A DNA stretch of 39,501 bases from Tannerella sp. (lineage in GTDB: Bacteria > Bacteroidota > Bacteroidia > Bacteroidales > Tannerellaceae): the NCBI GenBank assembly GCA_031278765.1, contig JAITJX010000097.1, forward strand, positions 1-39,501. The letters run 5' to 3'. The translations under genes were made by a program, and so were the position numbers. This document shows positions 27,982-35,816 of this stretch, piece by piece (the stretch's first letter is position 1; each line of letters begins with the position of its first letter). The notes under the pieces were generated by a model. That model ran no database searches, was not told where the DNA came from, and was given only the letters and a program-made list of their open reading frames with translations.

Positions 27982-28874
27982 TTAACAAAATATTATACAC
28001 GTTATTTTTCATTTGGATAAGGTTACACGCCTTGCTTCCGATGAGAACGCTGTATTTTTTGTCGGAATTGCTCTTTTTTTTGATTTACCGTATCGTGCGA
28101 TACAGGGTTTCAGTGGTCAGGAAAAACATGAGAAACTCATTTCCGGAAAAAAACAAGTCGGAACTCAAAAAACTCGAACGCCGTTTCTACCGGCATTTTT
28201 CCGACTATATTGTCGAAAGTATCAAACTGGCCGGCATTTCGGAAAAAGAATTGCTCCAGAGAGCCCATATCACCAATCCCGAACTTGTGTTTGATCTCAA
28301 AGACAGGGGACATACCTGCATTATACTGCTGATGGGACATTATGGTAACTGGGAATGGTTTTCGGGCACAGCAGGACGGTTTAAAAATGCTTTTAAACTG
28401 AATTTCCTCTATAAACCACTCACAAATAAAGCCGTTGATCGTATTTTCCTGCACATGCGCACACGGTTTGCTTCTTTTTGTCTCAAGAAAAGCAGTGCGG
28501 CAAAAGAAATTATACGCATAAAGCGGAGCGGAGAGCCAAGCTTGATTATATTCATTGCCGACCAGATGCCCGGCAAAGCAAATTCGTACTACCGGACAAC
28601 GTTTCTCCGGCAGGATACCGCGATGCTGACCGGCGCCGAACGAATCGCCTGTAAACTCGACCTTCCAATCGTTTTCTGCGACATGCGACAAATAAAACGC
28701 GGTTATTATGAAGTTGATTTCAGATTGATTGCGGAAAAACTTTCCGCAACGCAGGAATTTGAAATAACCGAAAAATTTGCACGCATGATGGAAAAAACTA
28801 TCCTGCGCGACCCTGCGCTTTGGCTTTGGACACATAAACGCTGGAAACATAAATTCTCAAATCATACAACATGA
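27978..28874 (+). CDS. lpxL: Lipid A late acyltransferase (LpxL/HtrB family)
   Basis: HYGNWE (H-X4-E), IADQ, and C-terminal WLWTHKRWK. Confidence 0.85.
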   Translation: MINKILYTLFFIWIRLHALLPMRTLYFLSELLFFLIYRIVRYRVSVVRKNMRNSFPEKNKSELKKLERRFYRHFSDYIVESIKLAGISEKELLQRAHITNPELVFDLKDRGHTCIILLMGHYGNWEWFSGTAGRFKNAFKLNFLYKPLTNKAVDRIFLHMRTRFASFCLKKSSAAKEIIRIKRSGEPSLIIFIADQMPGKANSYYRTTFLRQDTAMLTGAERIACKLDLPIVFCDMRQIKRGYYEVDFRLIAEKLSATQEFEITEKFARMMEKTILRDPALWLWTHKRWKHKFSNHTT

Positions 28875-29890
28875 AACTCTCGGTAGTAATATTAAACTGG
28901 AATGGAGAGAAATTGCTGGAAGAGTTCCTGCCTTCGGTGATAGCGAATACGCCGTCGAAGAGAGCAGAAATCATCGTTGCAGACAATTGTTCGACCGATA
29001 ATTCCGTATCGCTGCTTAAAGAAAAATTTCCTGTGGTCAAACTAATGCTTTTTGACAAAAACTACGGTTTTGCCGAAGGATATAACAAGGCAATTGCGCT
29101 TGTTGATTCCCAATATGTGGTATTGCTCAACAGCGACGTGGAAGTAACGCCTCACTGGACAGATATGCCTTTGAGAATCCTCGACAGCGACCGCCAGATT
29201 GCAGCCGTTCAACCCAAACTGTTATCTCAGCGTAACAGGAAACATTTCGAATATGCCGGTGCAGCAGGCGGCTTCATGGATATGTATGGCTATCCGTTTT
29301 GCCGGGGACGAATAATTACGAAAATAGAACCGGACAACGGTCAATATGATACACAGACCGATGTTTTGTGGGCAACAGGAGCATGTTTGTTTATACGCAC
29401 GGAGGTATATAAAAAGGAAGGCGGCCTCGACAGCAGTTTTTTTGCCCATCAGGAAGAAATCGACATGTGCTGGCGTTTGCGTGCAAGAGGCTACCGGATA
29501 GTTTATACTCCGCAATCGGTGGTCTATCACGTGGGAGGCGCAACGCTGAACGTGGAAAGTCCGCATAAAACGTATCTCAATTTCAGGAATAATCTCTTGA
29601 TGCTGTATAAAAATCTCTCCGACGACGATTTGAAACATGTCATGAGAATCCGTTACCTCCTCGATTGCCTTGCTGCAATACGGTTTTTTATTACCGGACA
29701 CCCAAAAAATGCAGCCGCCGTCTTCCGTGCAAGACAGGAATTTAAAAATCTGAAGAAAGACTGTTCGGAAGCAAGGAAAGCAAACCTTGCTAAAATCATT
29801 TGCCACTCCCTTCCCGAAATAATGCGGAAAAGCTTGATCATACAATTTTATATTAAAAGAAAAAGGAAATTTACGGAGATAAGTTTCTAA
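28871..29890 (+). CDS. Glycosyltransferase family 2 (WbbL/rhamnosyltransferase-like)
   Basis: VILNWNG, ADNCSTD, NYGFAEGYN, LLNSD, WATGAC, HQEEID, YHVGG. Confidence 0.88.
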   Translation: MKLSVVILNWNGEKLLEEFLPSVIANTPSKRAEIIVADNCSTDNSVSLLKEKFPVVKLMLFDKNYGFAEGYNKAIALVDSQYVVLLNSDVEVTPHWTDMPLRILDSDRQIAAVQPKLLSQRNRKHFEYAGAAGGFMDMYGYPFCRGRIITKIEPDNGQYDTQTDVLWATGACLFIRTEVYKKEGGLDSSFFAHQEEIDMCWRLRARGYRIVYTPQSVVYHVGGATLNVESPHKTYLNFRNNLLMLYKNLSDDDLKHVMRIRYLLDCLAAIRFFITGHPKNAAAVFRARQEFKNLKKDCSEARKANLAKIICHSLPEIMRKSLIIQFYIKRKRKFTEISF

Positions 29891-29947
29891 CCTTTTGCGA
29901 GGCGCGCAAGCAATTCTCCCTTCCTGCAATACGCCGCCGGCATACAT

Positions 29948-30013
29948 AAAAAAACAGGTGCGCCCAAGATACTGTCGCCTTTCGTGGCGAGGTATTGCTT
30001 TGAGCTACACCTG
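29948..30013 (-). terminator. Long-stem hairpin plus U7 closing the cobalamin-regulated operon
   Basis: Minus strand CAGGTG-TA-GCTCAAAG-CA-ATAC-C-TCGCC-ACGAAA-GGCGA-CA-GTAT-CTTGGGC-G-CACCTG followed by TTTTTTT, 28 nt after the stop at 30042. Confidence 0.7.
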
Positions 30014-30041
30014 TCGGATTATTTATTCTGATTACTTAATT

Positions 30042-33000
30042 TCAAAATACAATAAACTTAAACACTTTCCTCTCGCCGTCTTTCTGTGCGGAGAGGATAT
30101 AAACACCTCGATAGAGTTGAATCCGGCGACTTTCGTCGGGCAATACAACACGGAACAGATGCGTATGCTGTCCGCTCATGGACATTACGGTGCAGGTGTA
30201 ACCGTCGAGATTCTCCATTCGAAGCATTCCATTTGCATACCAGACATTTGTCCGGGTATCGAAGACGTTTTCAACGCCTGTCGGCGACAGCGTTGTAAAC
30301 GATACGTGCAAAACGCTGACGGTTTCCGCTACTCCGCTAATGTCACGAACGACGTCTATATCGACTTCGTACTGCGTCGAGGATTTCAACTCCTCGAATA
30401 CGAGCCTGACGGAAGACGTCGAGCGCAGGCGTATTATGTCGATAATCGTGCCATCGGGACTCATCTTGCAGGCAACTACAGGCTGGCGAACGCCCTCTGA
30501 TACTTCAAACAGATGCACAAGATAGTATGCCATCCCTGAAAATCGTGGAAACAAAAGCGTTGCTTTGTCCGTGCCTATGTCGGTTATTTCGGCTTCGGCA
30601 GGAACATCGCGAACGGTTATGTTACACGTTGCGAATGCGCCGCCCGCCAGCTGCGCCGTGATTATCGCATTGCCGCCGTCGAAGGCTATAACCGTACCGC
30701 TTGTCGTTACATCGGCAACTGCCGGATTGCTGCTCGACCACGTTACCACTTCGTCGGTGAAGGGCGAAACTGTTGCCGTGACTGACATGCGGTCGCCTTC
30801 GTTCATTACGAGCAGCGTATGATTCAGGCTCACGATGTATTCAACCTGTTTTTCGCGAACAGTTACCGTACATTCGTCCGACTTGCCCTTTACGAGGTCT
30901 TCTGCAATGATTTTCGTTGTTCCCGCTCCAAGTGCAACCACTTTTCCGGAGGCGCTTACTATTGCGACGTCTTCGTTCAGCGAACGCCATGTGACAGTGT
31001 AATGTTCGGGAACGGTAATGTTCAGCTGCGCTGTCTGTCCGACGTCCAGCGTCAGCGTTTGCTGCGTCAGTTCAAACGGATTCTCTGTTACGCCTTCCGC
31101 TTTTGTCGTAACGGTACACGTGGCCGTGATGCTGCCATCGACAGTGGCCGCAGTGATGGAGACCGTTGCGGGCGCGAGGTGCGCCGTAACGAGACCGTTC
31201 TGGTCAACCGAGGCTATAAGCGACTGGCTCGACGCCCACGTCAGCGTCTTGTTGTCCGCATTGTCCGGAGCGACGGTAGCGTTGAGTTGCAGCGTCTGCC
31301 CGACAGTCAGTTCGGCTGTCGTGCGGTCAAGCGTGACGCTTTCCACATGTACAACGATTGGCGAGGTCGATTGCGACGCTTCGACAGTGACGGGGATTTC
31401 TTTGGTGATCACATGCCCGTTGGAGTTGAACTTGAGCGTGAGCGTCGTCGTCTTGGGGGGCTGTCCGGGGAGAGGGATGGTCCGTGCGGCGACGACCACC
31501 GTGTCGCGCCAGATGAAGGCGTTTATCAGCGCCTTGTCGTAGCCGTCGAGTACGGTGGTTACGATCGACGCACGCATATTGTCCTCATCGGCCACCCGAC
31601 TGATCAGGTCGAGGCTGTCCGTCGGATGCGCACCGCTCAGGGCGATGGTTTCCGGAAAAGCCACGTCGGTGAACTCCGGTTCGTGCGTATCGGGGAAGAC
31701 CGGTATGGCGGGGAACCAGTAGTTCTTCTCCAGCGGATATTCGGCCAGGATGTTGCCGATGACGCCCTGTCCGTCGGCGCGGGGCTGGCCGCCGTTCGGA
31801 TTGACGCGCAGGATTTTCCAGTTGTTGCGGGCGTTGACGCAGCAGCCAATGTTGAAAGTGCCTGTGGTCACGACCATCTCGCCCGTCAGGTGGTCTATGG
31901 CGAACGAGGTGCCGTAGAGCGTCCACGACGGAGCGCCGGGCAGGAGAGGCATGTCCGAAAGGTCAAGCACGGTATCTACCCTGTTGGTCGCTATATTGTA
32001 GCGGGAGATACTCTGGTGACCGCTCTTCCAATAGATGACGTTTTCGTGCGCGCTGCCCTGGAAAGCGTCGGCCTGCCAAGCGCCATAAACGGAGCCGGGA
32101 CCGGTGACGCCGCCAGGCAAGGCGACCATTTTCTGTTCCAGCGTCCAGGGGTCGAGGCGTATGAAGTAATTGGTCAATTCTCCATCGGTGAGCATATCGT
32201 CGTTGCCTTCTTCCATCGGGTTCCAGGCGTCTCCGCTTGGCACAGTGCCGCTTGTTCCCAGCCAGATGTAGCCGTCTTTCGACTGCGTCATGGCGATGTA
32301 GATGTAGTCTCTCAGGGTCATTTGCACCTGATGGGTCGTCGCGTCGATGATGTGTAGCAGCCCCTGCTGAAGGGCAAAGACGCGATTGCCTACGCGCTTC
32401 ATGGTCGTCACCTGTTCGGTGCGGACGGAGCCGCTGCTCTGGAGGGCGGAAAGGTCCGTGCCCGGCAGCACTTTGACGATACGCGGGTCGACAGGTTTTG
32501 TCTCGTTGGGCCTATAGTCGCCTGGCACGTCGGGCAGTTCGTTAAGTTTGACCACGCGCAAGCCGTTGCTTGTGCCTACATAGCCCGTCTGCTCGTCTAC
32601 GCCGAAGAAGAAAAGCCCCAGTCCTCCCGGCGCTAAAAAGCCCTTTTGGAGTTCCAGCGTGCGGGCGTCGGAGACGGCCAGCCGGAGTCCATCCTTGGAG
32701 ACGATGTAGAACTTGCCGCCATAGATGGCGCCATACTGCGCCGGCGTGCCAAGCACAAGGGAGTTGGCGTGATAGAAGGCCTGGTAGTCGATGCGTCCGT
32801 CGTCGTAGTAAAGGAAGTTTACGGAGCCGCTGCGGTGTCCCCACCAGTCTTCGTTGACGATAAAGACGCCGTTGGCGTAGTAGTTGGGGCGGCTGACGGT
32901 GATGGTCGCCGAGTTGTTGGCCATCAATTTGCCGTCTTTGGCCTGCACCGTTACGGTGGTTGTGCCTTCGGAGAGACCTTTGAGCGTGACGCTGTCGCCA

Positions 33001-34496
33001 TGCACAGTGATGGAGGCCACGGCGGAATTGGCGACGGTCCATTCCACTTCCTTCCAGTTGGCGTTGGCGGGGCGGACGGTAGCCCGCAGTCCGCGTTCGT
33101 AGCCGAAGGGGATGGACAGGTTGGGCAGCGTGATAGAGGAGACATGGACGTAAGGCTTGAGCGTTATCAGGTATTCCTTGACGAAAAGTTCCCCGTCTGC
33201 GCCGTTCTCTTTGGCTTTGACTGTTATGGTGATATTCGCATCTTCCGTAAGGTCTTCGGCGCGGAAGGAGGCGCTGAGTTTGTCGGTTTCGGAGGGAGTG
33301 ACGACGAGGCGTGAATCGTCACATTCCCACGTCACCTCCTGCGTGGCGTTGCCGTCTTGGGAGAATACGGCGGCGGTGAAATACCAGGTGGTGTCGGTAA
33401 AGAGTATGCGGTCGTCGGGGAAATTCACCATGACGTCAGTCACGACTACTTCTCCACCGCCGTCGCCTTCATCGCCATACACGTCCTGCCATGCGCCGCT
33501 GTGCACAGGATTCCTATAGTCGACGTCGTTTCCGCTCAGGTCTTTTTCGGGGAAGGTCACGTCGGCCAGCGTTGCGATCGTACCTTGGGGATTGGCGGGC
33601 AGGCGGAGGTAGGCGGCGCCGTCGACCGTCACCTTGTAAATCCCTTCATCATAAGTCAGCGGCTCTTCCGTAGCGTCGAGGGCAATGATTGCGTCGGTCA
33701 CCAACGGCTCCCATGCCGGCCCTCCGGAGAGGGGTTTCATGACGCCCTGAAAGACGTTGAAGCCCTTCGTTTGAATGTTATACAGGCTGACCGAAGGGAC
33801 GGCGTCGGTCGCGTTCCTGTCCAGCAGCACGCAGTTGACGAAGGTGACAAACTTTTTAGTCTGATTATTGGTAACTTTTGATTTGACAAGCGACTGGCGG
33901 TTCGTAGCGTCGTTTACAAACGTGCAGGACGTAAAATAAACATTGGTGGTATAATTGGAGTTACTAGCTATAATATTGACCCACGGCGTCTCATCTCCAT
34001 CCGTCAGAAATGCACAGCCATCAAGATATACTGTTTTTGTAGCGCTCGCAGTACATATTAAACTTGCACTTTGATAGGAGGCAGGTTTGAAGATACAGTT
34101 GATCACCCTGCAATCACTTTCGGAAACGATAAGCTGCATTTCAAAATGCACATTCTCTATTCGGAAAGAAGCGCTTCGTAACGTCATAGAGCTTGTGTAG
34201 TGCTGAACCGTTGAGATGCATTTGAGTGTAACGCCATTCCCAAGGATGGTTACAGACTTTGTAATAATTGGGGGTGTCTCCATTTCTGATACCTTTATCG
34301 TATCCACTTTTGTACGGTCGAAAGTCAGGACGTCGCCGTTCTGCAACTGTTGAATTTCATACAGCAGCGAGCCGGGCAGAGATTCATCAACCGTTTCTGT
34401 AGTTACTGTGCGGATGGTTTGGGCCTGTATCCCGACCGCAAAGAACAGGATGGCGCATAGCAGCGCCATCCTGTTGATAAATGTTATATTATTCAT
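30042..34496 (-). CDS. Large T9SS-secreted surface protein: beta-helix-like N-terminus, Ig/Big_2 repeats, DUF5074/BtuG-like beta-propeller, FN3-like domain, T9SS C-terminal domain
   Basis: Signal peptide; Big_2 repeats (TWASSQSLIASVDQNGLVTA, TWSSSNPAVADVTTSGTVIA); GVFIVNEDWWGH...YWFPAIPVFPD propeller at about aa 540-935; C-terminus GVYILSAQKDGERKVFKFIVF. Confidence 0.78.
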   Translation of the reverse strand: MNNITFINRMALLCAILFFAVGIQAQTIRTVTTETVDESLPGSLLYEIQQLQNGDVLTFDRTKVDTIKVSEMETPPIITKSVTILGNGVTLKCISTVQHYTSSMTLRSASFRIENVHFEMQLIVSESDCRVINCIFKPASYQSASLICTASATKTVYLDGCAFLTDGDETPWVNIIASNSNYTTNVYFTSCTFVNDATNRQSLVKSKVTNNQTKKFVTFVNCVLLDRNATDAVPSVSLYNIQTKGFNVFQGVMKPLSGGPAWEPLVTDAIIALDATEEPLTYDEGIYKVTVDGAAYLRLPANPQGTIATLADVTFPEKDLSGNDVDYRNPVHSGAWQDVYGDEGDGGGEVVVTDVMVNFPDDRILFTDTTWYFTAAVFSQDGNATQEVTWECDDSRLVVTPSETDKLSASFRAEDLTEDANITITVKAKENGADGELFVKEYLITLKPYVHVSSITLPNLSIPFGYERGLRATVRPANANWKEVEWTVANSAVASITVHGDSVTLKGLSEGTTTVTVQAKDGKLMANNSATITVSRPNYYANGVFIVNEDWWGHRSGSVNFLYYDDGRIDYQAFYHANSLVLGTPAQYGAIYGGKFYIVSKDGLRLAVSDARTLELQKGFLAPGGLGLFFFGVDEQTGYVGTSNGLRVVKLNELPDVPGDYRPNETKPVDPRIVKVLPGTDLSALQSSGSVRTEQVTTMKRVGNRVFALQQGLLHIIDATTHQVQMTLRDYIYIAMTQSKDGYIWLGTSGTVPSGDAWNPMEEGNDDMLTDGELTNYFIRLDPWTLEQKMVALPGGVTGPGSVYGAWQADAFQGSAHENVIYWKSGHQSISRYNIATNRVDTVLDLSDMPLLPGAPSWTLYGTSFAIDHLTGEMVVTTGTFNIGCCVNARNNWKILRVNPNGGQPRADGQGVIGNILAEYPLEKNYWFPAIPVFPDTHEPEFTDVAFPETIALSGAHPTDSLDLISRVADEDNMRASIVTTVLDGYDKALINAFIWRDTVVVAARTIPLPGQPPKTTTLTLKFNSNGHVITKEIPVTVEASQSTSPIVVHVESVTLDRTTAELTVGQTLQLNATVAPDNADNKTLTWASSQSLIASVDQNGLVTAHLAPATVSITAATVDGSITATCTVTTKAEGVTENPFELTQQTLTLDVGQTAQLNITVPEHYTVTWRSLNEDVAIVSASGKVVALGAGTTKIIAEDLVKGKSDECTVTVREKQVEYIVSLNHTLLVMNEGDRMSVTATVSPFTDEVVTWSSSNPAVADVTTSGTVIAFDGGNAIITAQLAGGAFATCNITVRDVPAEAEITDIGTDKATLLFPRFSGMAYYLVHLFEVSEGVRQPVVACKMSPDGTIIDIIRLRSTSSVRLVFEELKSSTQYEVDIDVVRDISGVAETVSVLHVSFTTLSPTGVENVFDTRTNVWYANGMLRMENLDGYTCTVMSMSGQHTHLFRVVLPDESRRIQLYRGVYILSAQKDGERKVFKFIVF

Positions 34497-35596
34497 TCTT
34501 TCTTACCTGTTACATTTTGGGGACATGGAGCGCAGTAGCAGTCCATATATTTAAATGCGCCGTCGAAATAGTGTAATTCATACTGATAATCATATTGAGA
34601 CGTTCCCTGAATACGGGGTCTGAATACAAATGCGTGTACCTGCCAGCGTTGCAGAGGCTCGTATGTGACGCCGTATTGAGCGGCTTCGGGATCCGGCAGA
34701 TAGATATTCGGATTCGAACTCGGAACAGGCACGCGCCAGTTGTCCGCCCTGTAGTATCCCCAGAAGCCGTTCTTCATCCATCCTGACTGCCAGTGCATCA
34801 AAGCGGCCGGGCCGGGGTAAGCATCCAAATTCCAGAAGTCGAAATCTTCGGCCGATTGGCCGTATTCGGCTCCGAAGGGATGTACCAGGACGCCGGTTTG
34901 CTTGTAATCAGTTCTCGCCATATTGGTGCTGTTGTTGGCACTTAGAGGCACGGCTGTCTGCCCCTCGTCGCAATATTCATTGGGTTCGAAATAGGAGAAC
35001 CACACACTGTCCGGAACATCATGCTGCGCATTGTAAATATCGAAGTCAAGATCCATGCGGTAACAGGCGGTTCCATAATCATACATATTCACTCCGAGTC
35101 CGCCGACCAGATGGCCTCCCGCTCCCGCGTATTGCAGGAGGGCGGAAAGCCGCATGTCGTTGACGACAACGGAGCGCAGCATGTCTATCCCATGGAGATT
35201 GGCATAGGTTGTGTCCGGCTCGCCGGTCACAGGATCAGCAAATATTGAATAGGCATTCCAGCGGTATCCCCATACATACATACTGTCGAGGCCACTCTTG
35301 CGGTCAGTGAATTTAATAATCAGGATAGCGGAATCCGTTGCATTCGGATCGAGTTTTGGCTGGTCTATCCAGCATTGCACATTTGCCGGATTGATCCAGG
35401 TGGTGTCTACTTGCCGGGTAGACACTGCTTTTCGTGTCGTTGTCGTGGCGTCCTCCTTGCCGCCGTCTTTATCGGTTAATAACTTGTGCAGATGTCCCTG
35501 CACCTTGACTGCTCTCTTTTGGGCGCTCAAGCCTTGTATGGCGAGCATCCCGGCGCTCAGTACGAGCGCGATGAAAAGTCTAACATGCTTTTTCAT
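34493..35596 (-). CDS. Uncharacterised secreted Trp/Tyr-rich protein in the cobalamin-regulated operon
   Basis: Signal peptide; YVWGYRW, GIDML...D.RL and HWQSGW...FWGYY motifs; ATGA overlap with the downstream 1484-aa gene. Confidence 0.7.
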   Translation of the reverse strand: MKKHVRLFIALVLSAGMLAIQGLSAQKRAVKVQGHLHKLLTDKDGGKEDATTTTRKAVSTRQVDTTWINPANVQCWIDQPKLDPNATDSAILIIKFTDRKSGLDSMYVWGYRWNAYSIFADPVTGEPDTTYANLHGIDMLRSVVVNDMRLSALLQYAGAGGHLVGGLGVNMYDYGTACYRMDLDFDIYNAQHDVPDSVWFSYFEPNEYCDEGQTAVPLSANNSTNMARTDYKQTGVLVHPFGAEYGQSAEDFDFWNLDAYPGPAALMHWQSGWMKNGFWGYYRADNWRVPVPSSNPNIYLPDPEAAQYGVTYEPLQRWQVHAFVFRPRIQGTSQYDYQYELHYFDGAFKYMDCYCAPCPQNVTGKKE

Positions 35597-35667
35597 ACTT
35601 GTTTTAATTAATTAATTGCCCCTCCGCGGGGCGGTTTTTATTTCTATATTAAATGTCAAAATATCAT

Positions 35668-35778
35668 GTGTCGCGCTAACGTTAGCAGGGGTGTCGCGCT
35701 AACGTTAGCAGGGGTGTCGTGCTAACGTTAGCAGGGGTGTCGTGCTAACGTTAGCAGGGACGTCGCGCTAACGCTGGC
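35668..35778. repeat. Tandem array of 4 full plus 1 degenerate 23-bp units GTGTCGYGCTAACGTTAGCAGGG with palindromic core GCTAACGTTAGC
   Basis: Units at 35668, 35691, 35714, 35737 and a degenerate unit at 35760. Confidence 0.95.
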
Positions 35779-35816
35779 GCGGTCAGTCTGCAGTGGCAGT
35801 ATTTTATCCATTGTCT

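Noticed and set aside
29895-30500. 201-aa plus-strand ORF after the GT2 gene
   Set aside because: It has a TTG start, crosses the terminator hairpin and runs antisense to the large gene's C-terminal domain.
30819-32357. 512-aa plus-strand ORF and other antisense ORFs across 30-37.5 kb
   Set aside because: Shadow ORFs on the opposite strand of GC3-rich genes; no recognisable motifs.
35668-35778. CRISPR array
   Set aside because: Direct tandem copies with no spacers.
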